IMG/VR virus record: IMGVR_UViG_2703718774_000012
DNA length: 64,000 bases
Origin: a virus
Taxonomy: Duplodnaviria; Heunggongvirae; Uroviricota; Caudoviricetes
Reading direction: 5' to 3' (one strand)
Shown here: piece by piece, positions 51,801 to 61,573 of the stretch
Numbering within the stretch: the stretch's first letter is position 1
How the letters are laid out: each line of letters begins with the position of its first letter
Notes under the pieces: model-generated
The model's input: only the letters and a program-made list of their open reading frames with translations
Told to the model about the DNA's origin: nothing
Database searches by the model: none
Translations under genes and position numbers: made by a program

Positions 51801-52268
51801 CCAGTTGAAGAGGCGCGTCCGGTGGCCAACAACTCAAGTTACTTTGACCATCTCGGCGCACAAATGGGGATTGATGGACTATTCGATAAACTCCGCAACT
51901 CGCCGGGGATGCGGAAAAATAATGCGCCTGAACCAGCCTCCACGTCCCAGGTGACGACTGCCGCCAACGATTTGCAGCAACCAACCGGTCGTATGCAGAT
52001 AGACGGGCAGGTTATTAGTGACCTTGGCGGTTCCGGTGCCAAGCCGACAATGCAGTTGGCTGATAATACCGTTTCACTTGATGGTGAAACGAAGCGGCTG
52101 TTTGCGCAGATGACCTCATTGCTTGCCAGGATTGAAGAGCACACTAAAGACTCGGCGAAAGGCCAGGGAACTGTCGTAAAGGTCAGCACGCCTCAGCCGG
52201 GCGTTATGCGCACGGTACCACTGTCAATTGATGATCCGTTGATGAATGACTACGCGAGAGTTGATTGA
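48894..52268 (+). CDS. tape-measure / injection protein with lytic transglycosylase (SLT) domain (P1 Sit-like)
   Basis: 1124 aa; Gly/Lys-rich N-terminal third; SLT signature AVASAESSAGQ...GAFQITKGT...AAYHAGMGHV. Confidence 0.7.
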   Translation: MERKNANIDDVIRTVETASAKELEELAGIREAVEDLKGERVATVDPVSRSVSALNRTIENSRPDFVANAPSVDPIVDAMKRLNLGDVSRVVQEDVDLQEPQAKSTTRKGKKRRKKAITEDVKAQRTEAAEHAREMFGQKGGAQKSQNQRDARGRFIGKSGSKAAAEDARAERAEKAWRKEDDERLNAESGLLKKLSKVAEGIGNPSETRAVDALGYAVAGPLWAAGKELGGISKEVGGSLNGARKSIADVIRGNDDNSRRKGFFRRKSQNSADVVQVNTQKRTVQELQEQTSEIKEGNDKILRALDQIAKNTGKKKGGLLSKLFSLLGKGAGGVASLLMGRGMLKKAGALAFGALGAKKLVGMLRGGGKKTLAHEGGDLAARAAGKLGLKAVGKGALRAIPLVGTVAGGIYGAVTGWNDTEAQRRAFGLKSGQDPSFQQKAAYTLANVLDMGGLVSGISSAIGEVLKSLGFEDIGNMLQSFSTESIALAIDSGITNLETYISNLGDTISTKFDDYTAKIGDAVSAWFSDTSNKLLEKLDAIKDFFTVDNLKQVFSDAIDSAIDFIKNPGKHIKEAAGNIWDGVKNLPGKALDAAVDAVKNTPAAMIVSKIPNPIGEANAKEITPESKVPVNSHQGTSDSKTESDAKQTNIAARVIYAALDMAKDSNKTVKETANQIINANAVETGNKAAQTIDAALGQSATGKEEALSAYEIDKRRFNNGKDVSLPKLNAAGYQWISDNADYFDELERKYGLEKGILSAVASAESSAGQRTGNPVDKNGNKLSSALGAFQITKGTREDLGLSDADAMDTRKAADGAARYLSMLMNRYNGDQGRAIAAYHAGMGHVDKGRVVAGTGEYVTRVRGYQQMLNNGAVYGSKVDHSAPAIYEKIPDNAVIDQSTGLAFTPGDSPFEKGGLVDKIGNAVGVNDLVNKFMNGRGMRREVVQGTLEERARGKGTATAAGNVYVDTPMPVEEARPVANNSSYFDHLGAQMGIDGLFDKLRNSPGMRKNNAPEPASTSQVTTAANDLQQPTGRMQIDGQVISDLGGSGAKPTMQLADNTVSLDGETKRLFAQMTSLLARIEEHTKDSAKGQGTVVKVSTPQPGVMRTVPLSIDDPLMNDYARVD

Positions 52269-52624
52269 TGGCCAACAATAACGAAATTGATCCTTTGCTG
52301 ACGCTGGAGTTATCCGGCGTAAAAACGTATGAGTCCCAGGAGGAGGCCTGGGGCGCTCGTTTATATGAGTGGCTAAACACTTATCAGGGTGAGGTATACG
52401 GAGATCCGTCATGGGGCAATGTTTTACCGCAGTTTAAACACGAACCGACCAACTTGTCGCATGTTCAAATTGCGGTTGAGGCAATGCTGTTGCAAAAACT
52501 GACGGTAGATTTACCTGACATACCGATTTCTGGCTTGTCAGTAGCCGAGGGAGATGCTTTTGATAAGTTGAAAATATCCATTCGTATCAGGGATATAACT
52601 ATCACACAGGACGTGGTGCTATGA
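52265..52624 (+). CDS. baseplate wedge protein (gp25/gpW-like)
   Basis: 119 aa directly between tape-measure and J-like genes; size and position. Confidence 0.45.
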   Translation: MMANNNEIDPLLTLELSGVKTYESQEEAWGARLYEWLNTYQGEVYGDPSWGNVLPQFKHEPTNLSHVQIAVEAMLLQKLTVDLPDIPISGLSVAEGDAFDKLKISIRIRDITITQDVVL

Positions 52625-54054
52625 GTAAAACAACACCGACTAAAGACAGTATTCGTGCAGAGTTTGAAGAGCTTGTCGAGAAAGATTCATTCTGGTCGAA
52701 GTTTGTCGGCTCTCAATTTGTCTCGATGCTGACATTGTTTATTACCCAGATTGTCTACAGGTGCTTTCAGTATGCCGATGCGGCGCTGGCTGAAGGCTTT
52801 ATATCGACCGCGACGCGGCGTTCCTCTATCCTGGCAGCGGCAGAAACGAATAGTTACGTTGGTACCAAGCCAACACCGTCATCGGGGATGATTGAGATCA
52901 CCGCCACAAGTGAAGATGCCCCAGCGGTAATCCCCAAAAACATGCCTTTAATATCTGACGACCAGTACCCTTACATGACTATGGATGTATGCAGGTTGGT
53001 TGACGGCACCGGTACGGTAGAAGTGGCACAGTTGGAAATCCAGGAGGTGACATATACCGTTACGGCAGCCAAAGAATTTCTGGAAGTCGTGTTATCAAAG
53101 GCTCTCACTGCTGTCTGCTATAAGCTGGAAGTATTCGTGACGACCGATGGTAAGACCACGCAGTGGTCTTCCAGCACTATGTTCCGGTTAGCCGGTAGTA
53201 AAAGCCAAGTCTACGTTGAGTTTTATAAACCATCCGAGCAGTTGGGGGTTCGATTCGGTGATGGGCTAATTGGGCAAATACCGCCAGAAGGCTCGACCAT
53301 TACACTTAAGGTATGGTGCACCAACGGAGATATAACCTTGGTTGCTGGCCAAAATCTGACGCCTGTCGATTCTGCGGCTAATTTAGCTAATTTGATTTCA
53401 GTTAAGACAACGACACCCATAACCGCAGGTACCGATGCCGAAACAACGGAGATCACACGTAATCGTGCACAATATTACCTTGCCTATGATGATCAGGTCG
53501 TATGGGGCGGGGACTATACGTATTTTCTGGTGCGTAACATCCCGGGACTGTCATGGGTAAAGGCATGGGGCGAAGGCCAGCAAGAGAAATTAGATGGTGC
53601 TTATAATGTTCGGAATATCAATAAGATATTTATTTCAGGGTGGCATCCAAATAAAAGCCAGTCAGAGCTTGAAGAAATGATCCTGGCTGCCTTTAAGAAG
53701 GTGCCGAATGAGTTGAACAAGAAATTCTCGTATAAAGAGGTCAGAAAACTACCATTTAAGATAACCATCACCGGACGGATATCGGCAAGCCTGACCATTG
53801 AGAATGTGACCGATGAGCTGAAGTCGGCACTGGAAACAAAATTTGGGCGCGACTCAACTTTCTTTGATCCGAACCGCGTCGGGAAGTACATCCTGATTAA
53901 GAAAAAAGACGTTTGGGCGTTTATCGAAACGCTGGGTTATTTCCGCGACTTTTATCTGGAATTTGTCGAGTGGAATGAGTCCAACGGCTTTTACGATTTC
54001 GTTTATCTGGATACAGAAAACTCCACCTTTAATATTTCGTATGAGGAGGAGTGA
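52621..54054 (+). CDS. baseplate J-like protein
   Basis: 477 aa; gene order W-J-I-fibre; context-based. Confidence 0.45.
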   Translation: MSKTTPTKDSIRAEFEELVEKDSFWSKFVGSQFVSMLTLFITQIVYRCFQYADAALAEGFISTATRRSSILAAAETNSYVGTKPTPSSGMIEITATSEDAPAVIPKNMPLISDDQYPYMTMDVCRLVDGTGTVEVAQLEIQEVTYTVTAAKEFLEVVLSKALTAVCYKLEVFVTTDGKTTQWSSSTMFRLAGSKSQVYVEFYKPSEQLGVRFGDGLIGQIPPEGSTITLKVWCTNGDITLVAGQNLTPVDSAANLANLISVKTTTPITAGTDAETTEITRNRAQYYLAYDDQVVWGGDYTYFLVRNIPGLSWVKAWGEGQQEKLDGAYNVRNINKIFISGWHPNKSQSELEEMILAAFKKVPNELNKKFSYKEVRKLPFKITITGRISASLTIENVTDELKSALETKFGRDSTFFDPNRVGKYILIKKKDVWAFIETLGYFRDFYLEFVEWNESNGFYDFVYLDTENSTFNISYEEE

Positions 54055-54890
54055 TGCAGCGTTCCTGGTTTAATAACCGGCTTACATCAGCTAAGCAAAA
54101 GTCATTGCTCTATAAATCATTGGCTGATTTGGTTCAGTCAATGATGGACACCTTTGTTGACCCATGGTTGGAGCGAATTACCAACCGGAAGTCTATTTTC
54201 TCCATGAGCAAGGAGGATCTGGAGACCAGGACAAATGAACTTGGCCAGTTCTTTACTATCAGAACCTCGGACTCATCTTCCGTTCCGATGTTGTTACAAC
54301 AGCGGCTTGATGAGATCCACTTTAAGGGAACTGAACGTCCTATAAACCAGACAATTTACCGCGAATTTAACGGTATTTCTGTTTTATGGGATCCGATATA
54401 TGCACCGGTGGACCTTGAGCGTCATCCCTATGGCACAGTTCTAATACCAGAAAGCACATTGGAGACTACCGGCGGCACATTCGGCGAGATGTTTCTGACT
54501 TCCAGAGGGATGATCAGTATTCCCATAAACGACCTGGCCCGGACAATGGGTATTACTGGCACGATAGATCAGTCCGCAATTACAGAAGAAATTCTCAGAA
54601 AGTTTAATCAGTTCGTAAAGCCTCTACTGCCACTGCATATAGTGTTTGATGGGCTTACGCTCTATTTGTCGGTTGTTGTAAATGAACAGGCCGACATGAT
54701 CACTTTGAACGAGATTTCTGATACCGAAAAAGCATTCTGCTGGTTTGAAACTTCGGATACAACTTCGCTTACTGGAGTTACGTCGATTAGCGCCCCGATC
54801 ACCGCAACGCCTGGTGGCACTATTGTGAAAGCGACACCTACGTTTGATCGCACCCGCGCAGATGATTTGTTGCTGGATAGCGACGCCTGA
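54051..54890 (+). CDS. baseplate/tail-fibre attachment protein (gpI-like position)
   Basis: ORF track; operon context. Confidence 0.4.
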   Translation: MMQRSWFNNRLTSAKQKSLLYKSLADLVQSMMDTFVDPWLERITNRKSIFSMSKEDLETRTNELGQFFTIRTSDSSSVPMLLQQRLDEIHFKGTERPINQTIYREFNGISVLWDPIYAPVDLERHPYGTVLIPESTLETTGGTFGEMFLTSRGMISIPINDLARTMGITGTIDQSAITEEILRKFNQFVKPLLPLHIVFDGLTLYLSVVVNEQADMITLNEISDTEKAFCWFETSDTTSLTGVTSISAPITATPGGTIVKATPTFDRTRADDLLLDSDA

Positions 54891-54968
54891 CAATCACCCC
54901 GTCCGCAGGGCGGGGTGACAAGTTACTTCTCTTACAATGAGGCTTCACAACAGTGATTAGGGAAAATC

Positions 54969-55403
54969 ATGTCTGACGTCTCAACAAACCTCTATAAGAG
55001 TCAGTTGTTGGACTATTACTATCAGCGGCGCGCTGAATCGTCCATTAACAAAGGCTCTCGATTTTTAATCAGCAAGGCCGTTTTCGGTACCAGTTCTCTG
55101 GTTACTAAGAAAGGAGATGGCACTTATGAGATTGGAGAACTGCCAAAGGCTTTCGATCTGGCAGAACTGACCAGCCAATTTTGTACCATCAACCTCGTGC
55201 CAACCTACTCAGGTGGGATAATTACTGTCCGAATGGACCTTGATCAAAGCCAGTTGCAGGAAGGGAAAAACTACCCATTCAACACTCTGGTTGTTCTGGA
55301 TAACGAGAACAAGCCAATCGCCATTATTTGTGTCCAGGAAGACTCGTTGTATGTGGGCAAAACATATACCGCAGTTATGGCCATAAACACGACAACAGCA
55401 TAA
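54969..55403 (+). CDS. small tail-fibre-associated protein (P1 R-like position)
   Basis: 144 aa immediately upstream of tail fibre gene. Confidence 0.4.
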   Translation: MSDVSTNLYKSQLLDYYYQRRAESSINKGSRFLISKAVFGTSSLVTKKGDGTYEIGELPKAFDLAELTSQFCTINLVPTYSGGIITVRMDLDQSQLQEGKNYPFNTLVVLDNENKPIAIICVQEDSLYVGKTYTAVMAINTTTA

Positions 55404-55414
55404 GGATATGCTTG

Positions 55415-58264
55415 ATGAATGACGTTACAGTTGTTACATCAGTTACTTACCCATCACCCGAGTCGTTGGCTCTGGTGGCTGATGTGCAATACCACGAACC
55501 ATATCTGTCAGCCGCGCTAAACCGAAAATTCAGGGGGATTGTTGACCCGGGATTTTATGCCGGTTTCTTACCTAAGCCTGGCGGTGGGATGAACCTGTTA
55601 ATCACCTCTGTGGATGGTGATAAAACTGCTGGCGCAGCGTCAGTGGATATTGGTGAATTCTACCAGGTAACTATTCAGCAACGTACGGATATTCCTCTTG
55701 CACTTAGTGCAGGCAAGAAATATGCAATTGTGCTGAAGGGAAGATACCTCCTTGGAGAGGATACCTATCAGGTTAATACCGCGTCACATATTCATGCGGC
55801 TGAATTTGTTACCAGAACCTATACCGATTCATATCAGTTAGGAGATGGGGAGCTGCTTGTTTGTACGGTGAATATCCCTGCTGGAGTATCAGCCATTACC
55901 CAGGAGATGATTGATACATCCGAGCGTATTAACCGCACGATCGGCATTGATATTTCAGACTCTGTAACCAGTAGCAGAAGTGATGTTGCTGCAAGTTCGC
56001 TGGCAGTTAAAAAAGCCTACGATCTGGCGAACAGTAAGTATACGGCGCAGGATGCAAGCACAACGCAAAAGGGATTAGTTCAGCTCAGTAGCGAAACTAA
56101 CAGCGACAGCGAAACAATGGCGGCTACCCCTAAAGCCGTTAAGTCTGTAAAAGATCTTGCTGATACCAAAGCGCCAATAGAAAGCCCGAGTCTGACAGGA
56201 ACGCCAACCGCGCCGACGGCAGCGCAAGGTACAAATAGCACGCAGATCGCAAATACAGCCTTTGTTAAGGCAGCTATAACGGCACTTATCAACGGTGCAC
56301 CTGGCACACTGGATACGCTTAAAGAAATAGCTGCTGCGATCAATAACGACCCGAATTTCAGCACAACTATCAACAATGCTCTGGCTCTTAAAGCTCCTTT
56401 AGCAAGTCCTGCATTAACGGGAATACCTACTGCGCCTACCGCTGCACAGGGTACGAATAACACGCAGATTGCTACGACCGCTTATGTAAGAGCTGCCATA
56501 TCCGCATTGGTTGGTTCATCACCAGAAGCTCTTGATACCCTGAATGAGCTTGCCGCAGCACTTGGTAATGACCCGAACTTTGCGACAACAATGACAAATG
56601 CGCTGGCAGGCAAACAGCCTCTGGATGCAACTTTAACCGCGCTTGCTGGTCTTGCTACAGGCGCAAATAAATTGCCGTACTTTACCGGTACAGACACTAT
56701 TTCTCAGACTGACTTAACGTCAGTCGGTCGCGATATTCTGGCCAAAACAAGCGTCCTTGCTGTTATCCAATACCTTGATTTAAGAGAACTTGGCACAAGC
56801 GGTGAAAAGATCCCCCTGTTGAGCACGGCTAACAAATGGAGTGCACGCCAGACTTTCAACGGTGGGATCACCGGGGCGCTGACAGGGAACGCCGACACCG
56901 CGACGAAATTAAAAACAGCCATAAACATTAATGGCGTCAGATTCGATGGTTCGGCTGACATTAATATCAATACTCTGGTATCTCGCGGTCGCGTAACGGC
57001 CCTAGAGGCGAATGCACAGGGAACATCCGGGATTCAGCTGTATGAGGCATACAACAATGGCTACCCTTCCCCCTATGGCAATGTGCTTCACCTTAAAGGT
57101 GCCACCGCTGCTGGCGAAGGTGAGTTATTCATTGGCTGGAGTGGCACGAGCGGTGACCATGCGCCCGTACATATCCGTTCGCGGCGTGATACTGATTCTG
57201 CCAACTGGTCTGAATGGGCGCAGGTCTATACGTCAAAAGATTCAATTCCCGGCGTCAATGCCAAAGGGGATCAGGACACCTCTGGTAATGCGGCTACAGC
57301 GACCAAGTTGCAGACAGCATGTACTATCAATGGCGTCTCGTTTGATGGTTCTACTGATATCACTTTAACCGCTGCGCATGTTGCTGCTTTTGCCAGAAGA
57401 GCAACGGATACGTATGCCGATGCGGATGGGGGCGTTCCCTGGAATGCCGAATCAGGCGCTTACAATGTCATTCGCTCTGCCGACAGCTATATTCTGGTTA
57501 ACTTCTATACCGGAGTCGGAAGTTGCCCGACCTTGCAGATGAAGGCGCATTACAGAAATGGTGGTCTGTTCTACCGTTCTTCAAGAGACGGTTATGGTTT
57601 TGAGGAAGACTGGGCAGAAGTTTATACCTCGAAAAATCTTCCACCAGAAAGCTACCCAGTCGGCGCACCAATCCCGTGGCCATCAGATACCGTTCCGTCT
57701 GGTTATGCCCTGATGCAGGGGCAGACTTTTGACAAATCTGCATACCCGAAACTTGCAGCGGCTTATCCGTCAGGCGTTATTCCTGATATGCGTGGCTGGA
57801 CGATTAAGGGCAAGCCCGGCAGTGGTCGTGCCGTATTGTCTCAGGAACAGGACGGCATTAAATCGCACACCCACAGCGCCAGCGCATCCAGTACGGATTT
57901 GGGGACGAAAACCACATCGTCGTTTGATTACGGTACTAAAACGACCAGTTCATTTGATTACGGCACAAAAACTACGAATAGCGCTGGAAATCATTCACAC
58001 AATATACCTGTTGGTCACACTGGCGCGGGGAATGGTGTATCAGCCGGTTTTAACGCTGCGTTAGGTACTGGTACCACGTCGAGCGCAGGCGGGCATGCTC
58101 ACAATGTATATATCGGTGCCCATAACCACACTATCGGCATTGGTGCTCATGCCCATTCTGTCATTATTGGTCCCCACGGACACACCATCACCGTTAACGC
58201 TACGGGTAACGAAGAAAACACCGTAAAAAACATCGCATTTAACTATATTGTGAGGCTTGCATAA
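55415..58264 (+). CDS. tail fibre protein (949 aa) with collar-like repeats and C-terminal His-rich HxH repeats
   Basis: Start MNDVTVV with AAGGA RBS (track starts earlier at 55328); repeats [23 protein letters not shown] / [23 protein letters not shown]; C-terminal [34 protein letters not shown]. Confidence 0.8.
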   Translation: MNDVTVVTSVTYPSPESLALVADVQYHEPYLSAALNRKFRGIVDPGFYAGFLPKPGGGMNLLITSVDGDKTAGAASVDIGEFYQVTIQQRTDIPLALSAGKKYAIVLKGRYLLGEDTYQVNTASHIHAAEFVTRTYTDSYQLGDGELLVCTVNIPAGVSAITQEMIDTSERINRTIGIDISDSVTSSRSDVAASSLAVKKAYDLANSKYTAQDASTTQKGLVQLSSETNSDSETMAATPKAVKSVKDLADTKAPIESPSLTGTPTAPTAAQGTNSTQIANTAFVKAAITALINGAPGTLDTLKEIAAAINNDPNFSTTINNALALKAPLASPALTGIPTAPTAAQGTNNTQIATTAYVRAAISALVGSSPEALDTLNELAAALGNDPNFATTMTNALAGKQPLDATLTALAGLATGANKLPYFTGTDTISQTDLTSVGRDILAKTSVLAVIQYLDLRELGTSGEKIPLLSTANKWSARQTFNGGITGALTGNADTATKLKTAININGVRFDGSADININTLVSRGRVTALEANAQGTSGIQLYEAYNNGYPSPYGNVLHLKGATAAGEGELFIGWSGTSGDHAPVHIRSRRDTDSANWSEWAQVYTSKDSIPGVNAKGDQDTSGNAATATKLQTACTINGVSFDGSTDITLTAAHVAAFARRATDTYADADGGVPWNAESGAYNVIRSADSYILVNFYTGVGSCPTLQMKAHYRNGGLFYRSSRDGYGFEEDWAEVYTSKNLPPESYPVGAPIPWPSDTVPSGYALMQGQTFDKSAYPKLAAAYPSGVIPDMRGWTIKGKPGSGRAVLSQEQDGIKSHTHSASASSTDLGTKTTSSFDYGTKTTSSFDYGTKTTNSAGNHSHNIPVGHTGAGNGVSAGFNAALGTGTTSSAGGHAHNVYIGAHNHTIGIGAHAHSVIIGPHGHTITVNATGNEENTVKNIAFNYIVRLA

Positions 58265-58842
58265 TGACATTCAGAATGAGTGAACAATCACGGACCATAA
58301 AAATTTATAATCTACTGGCTGGAACCAATGAGTTTATTGGTGAAGGTGATGCATACATTCCACCTCATACAGGTCTGCCTGCAAACAGTACCGATATTGC
58401 CCCGCCAGATATTCCGGCTGGCTTCGTGGCCGTTTTCAACAGTGATGAGGCATCGTGGAATCTCGTTGAAGACCATCGGGGAAAAACCGTCTATGACGTG
58501 GCTTCCGGCGACGCGTTATTTATTTCTGAACTTGGCCCATTACCGGAAAATGTCACCTGGTTATCCCCGGAAGGGGAGTTTCAGAAGTGGAACGGCACAG
58601 CCTGGGTGAAAGATGCAGAAGCAGAAAAACTGTTCCGGATCCGGAAGGCGGAAGAAACAAAAAACAGCCTGATGCAGATGGCCAGTGAGCATATTGCGCC
58701 ACTTCAGGATGCCGTAGATTTGGATATTGCGACGGAGGAAGAGGCATCGTTACTGACTGCATGGAAGACATATCGGGTATTGTTGAATCGTGTTGATACA
58801 ACAGTAGCATCGGATGTTGAGTGGCCAGTCGCCCCGCAATAA
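58264..58842 (+). CDS. tail fibre assembly chaperone (Tfa/U-like)
   Basis: 192 aa; start overlaps fibre stop (TAATG); pattern ...[15 protein letters not shown]...[19 protein letters not shown] typical of Tfa. Confidence 0.75.
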   Translation: MTFRMSEQSRTIKIYNLLAGTNEFIGEGDAYIPPHTGLPANSTDIAPPDIPAGFVAVFNSDEASWNLVEDHRGKTVYDVASGDALFISELGPLPENVTWLSPEGEFQKWNGTAWVKDAEAEKLFRIRKAEETKNSLMQMASEHIAPLQDAVDLDIATEEEASLLTAWKTYRVLLNRVDTTVASDVEWPVAPQ

Positions 58843-58885
58843 AAGGATAAAGCCATCGATAGAAATATTGATGGCTTCATGTACT

Positions 58886-59458
58886 CTATTTATACAATAC
58901 AACACCGCTCTTTTTTGTTATATATGTGCAGTTCGATGGTATATCTTTATTTATAAAAGACATTGCACCTATTTTTACATTATCCCCAATTTTACGTGAT
59001 AATCCAATGATGCAACAATTAGCTCCGATATCAACGTTATTACCAATTTTTACTCTTGAACCAGGCATGTCACCATCTACCTGTCCAATGGTAGTATTCT
59101 GTCGCAAAACCAGATTTTCACCAGCATCAACAGCAAAATGAACAACAATTCCAGTATGATGGGGAATTGTTAAACCTTTTCCAATATTTGCGCCCAATCC
59201 AATTTCGCAACCAAATCTGTTAATTATATTATTGTTTAACTTTCTGGCTGCTTTCTTATGTAATTTATTGCCATTAATATACATTTCATTAGCCAGTCTC
59301 CACCAGAAAAGGAAATTCCGATTGCGCTGCTTCTTCTCTCTTAATAGTCGCCAAACATCCATTTTTTCACGCCTGATGATTTCAGCCATCCAATAGCTCA
59401 ATAGAGCTTTTGAATTCCCGAAGATGACAAAGTGAATAGCTATTAAGTAACATAACAT
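58886..59458 (-). CDS. hexapeptide-repeat (left-handed beta-helix) acetyltransferase
   Basis: Repeats GLGANIGKG, IVVHFAVDAGENLVLRQNTTIG, VKIGNNVDIGANCCIIG; AT-rich gene convergent with tail fibre operon. Confidence 0.65.
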   Translation of the reverse strand: MLCYLIAIHFVIFGNSKALLSYWMAEIIRREKMDVWRLLREKKQRNRNFLFWWRLANEMYINGNKLHKKAARKLNNNIINRFGCEIGLGANIGKGLTIPHHTGIVVHFAVDAGENLVLRQNTTIGQVDGDMPGSRVKIGNNVDIGANCCIIGLSRKIGDNVKIGAMSFINKDIPSNCTYITKKSGVVLYK

Positions 59459-59948
59459 ATTGCAACTGCCTATATTTTTTGGTTTCTATGGTTATATATT
59501 GACATTATAATTAAAACAATAATCATCAGTGTGTTACTGCGTTCCTGCTAAACTAAATCAACGCACAATGTAAACACAAATGTTAATTTTAAACTGAGCG
59601 CTAAAGGGATGTCAATATTGTATTGATAATGAGTTGCAAGATTGCCAACACTTTCTATATTTTTGGATGTAATAATTTATATTTTATCTATTTAGTGTTT
59701 CTTTAGACTTATTAAGGATGTCATTATTAATTTATGGCTTGCCATTTCTATACATATCTGTTAAAAATTTTGACTTGTTTGTTGAAAATAGATTTAATTG
59801 ATTGGTTTATTTTTTACATGACGCTCTTTAATATAGCTTCAGGTATATATAAGCACAATGCATTATTTCCAGAGGAAATTAACAAAATTGTTAGCTCTTA
59901 TTTGTTGAGCTTATAGATATTAATTAAGGCCCGATTCCGGGCCTTTCC

Positions 59949-60185
59949 TCATTCCGGCTTTTCGGGAAACGTTACTGGAAGGATGGAGGTATCCGTGGAT
60001 TCGACTTTCTGCGCATAGAGAATCCACTCGGTTAATTTTTGTTTACCCTGAACGGAAATAATGCCTAGCCGTAACTGTGAGTCCCAGAGCTGAGTTTTAT
60101 CCCTGACGAGCTGTAGCAGGCTTTGCTTTTCTTTTTCCGCTTGTTGTCTTTGCATGACCGGTTGAGAAGTTACTTTGCATACCAT
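59949..60185 (-). CDS. hypothetical small protein (78 aa)
   Basis: ATG with AGGAGGTA RBS; divergent from holin-like gene; track ORF longer (to 60446). Confidence 0.3.
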   Translation of the reverse strand: MVCKVTSQPVMQRQQAEKEKQSLLQLVRDKTQLWDSQLRLGIISVQGKQKLTEWILYAQKVESTDTSILPVTFPEKPE

Positions 60186-60213
60186 TACCTCCTGACAACG
60201 TAGGAGGGAACTT

Positions 60214-60543
60214 GTGCTTGACACACAGGAATTAGCTCCAGTTGCTATTGCGCTCCTGCTTTCAGTAATTGGTGGGATAGGCACGTTCCTGATGGATGTC
60301 CGAGACGGTCGCCAGTCTGGCAATTTGTTGGGATTGGTTACGGAGATCTTTGTTGCAGTGACAGCTGGCGCGGTGGCGTACCTATTGGGGCAACACGAGG
60401 GCTGGGAGTTATCAATTACGTACTTAATGGTAACGATAGCCAGCAATAACGGTCATGAGGTGATTTCAGGGATGAAACGAGTGAATATCGATAGCATTCT
60501 GAATGTTCTTACAAGTTTGGTGAAAAAGGGAGGTGGGAAATGA
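60214..60543 (+). CDS. putative holin (LydA-like), 109 aa
   Basis: GTG start with TAGGAGGGA RBS; 2-3 TM helices, charged C-terminus; first gene of late operon containing DarA-like gene. Confidence 0.45.
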   Translation: MLDTQELAPVAIALLLSVIGGIGTFLMDVRDGRQSGNLLGLVTEIFVAVTAGAVAYLLGQHEGWELSITYLMVTIASNNGHEVISGMKRVNIDSILNVLTSLVKKGGGK

Positions 60544-60983
60544 TTGGCTGGGGTGTATGCGCTCTTGCGTTAGCCTTAGCCGATCGCTATTTGCTAAAAC
60601 GCAAGGACATCACGCATTTAGAACTTGGTGATGTGGAAATTAAACCGGGTTTCATCCGGGTGCCGTTCAAATACCGGTCTAAATTCCCGTTTTTGCGTGG
60701 CGCAACGGTCAGATATTGGATCCGCGATGTTCAGAAGCCAACGACAGTGATTGAAGGCGAACAACGTTGTCTGACGTCGGCTGAACAGGGCGAAAACAGT
60801 GAATGGTTGTACATACCCACTGAATATATGGGTAAAGGAGAACGGCTGTGGCATTTCAACGTCATGGTTACGCATGGCGACTCGTTCATTAACCCGTTGT
60901 ATCGGATTTTCCCTGTTACTCAGCAAATCCGCAGAAGTTACGTAATAAATCTCGCACAGGATGTGTCAGATGACGAAAAATAA
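60540..60983 (+). CDS. putative antiholin/lysis accessory protein (LydB-like position)
   Basis: 147 aa, N-terminal signal-anchor; ATGA overlap with holin gene. Confidence 0.4.
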   Translation: MIGWGVCALALALADRYLLKRKDITHLELGDVEIKPGFIRVPFKYRSKFPFLRGATVRYWIRDVQKPTTVIEGEQRCLTSAEQGENSEWLYIPTEYMGKGERLWHFNVMVTHGDSFINPLYRIFPVTQQIRRSYVINLAQDVSDDEK

Positions 60984-61572
60984 GTATGCAACGGTCGATT
61001 TTGACCAGGTTAATGAAAAGGGGCTGAAATCCCTTATCGCGGCGATCAATAAAACCGGTGTTACGGTAATTGAGGTTGACTCCAGCAACCGCGCAACAAC
61101 GAAAGATGGCGTTAAAGTTAAAACCGCAAAGCTGGTTCTTAACGACGGACAAATTCTTGCCATACAGGTAAACGATACTGGCGATATATCGTCTGTGAGG
61201 CTGAATGGAAAAGCTATTCCTAACGCTCAATCGCCGGATATCAAGACGCTTGGTACCGTCATGGGGCAGGCGGCCCGCAAAAACTCCGCAAAATTCCAGA
61301 AATCACTGATCGCCAAAGCGAAACGTGTTGCCAATCCGGTAGACAAGAAACCGGCAGTAAAATCCAACTTTCAGCGCCTGCAAGAGGCAAAACAGCGGAA
61401 TGCTCAGGTGGTTGCCGCTTATAAATCAGCGCAGAACTCGGTGTCTTTCAATCAACAGCAGATCACTGATTTGCGGGCGAAGCTGGATAAGGAGACAGGC
61501 CGACTCAATAACGAAAAGGCCCGAAATGGCGAACTCAAACGCCGTCTTAAGCAACTGAAAGCAGGAAATTAA
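60961..61572 (+). CDS. hypothetical protein (203 aa), basic coiled-coil C-terminus
   Basis: ORF track; operon context. Confidence 0.5.
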   Translation: MCQMTKNKYATVDFDQVNEKGLKSLIAAINKTGVTVIEVDSSNRATTKDGVKVKTAKLVLNDGQILAIQVNDTGDISSVRLNGKAIPNAQSPDIKTLGTVMGQAARKNSAKFQKSLIAKAKRVANPVDKKPAVKSNFQRLQEAKQRNAQVVAAYKSAQNSVSFNQQQITDLRAKLDKETGRLNNEKARNGELKRRLKQLKAGN

Positions 61573-61573
61573 C

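Noticed and set aside
56080-56970. Several minus-strand ORFs (127, 71 and 88 aa) inside the tail fibre gene
   Set aside because: Antisense to a well-supported 949-aa gene with clear repeats; typical shadow ORFs of a Gly/Ala/Thr-rich coding region.
58843-59950. Searched for an invertible tail-fibre segment (inverted alternative fibre/chaperone copies, cin/gin-type recombinase, crossover sites)
   Set aside because: No inverted duplicate of the fibre C-terminus or chaperone and no serine recombinase ORF; region instead holds an acetyltransferase gene and AT-rich non-coding DNA.
59949-60446. Full-length 165-aa minus-strand ORF from the track
   Set aside because: Its upstream two-thirds is antisense to the holin-like gene; only the 3' portion (59949-60185) has its own RBS, so the longer ORF is likely an artefact.
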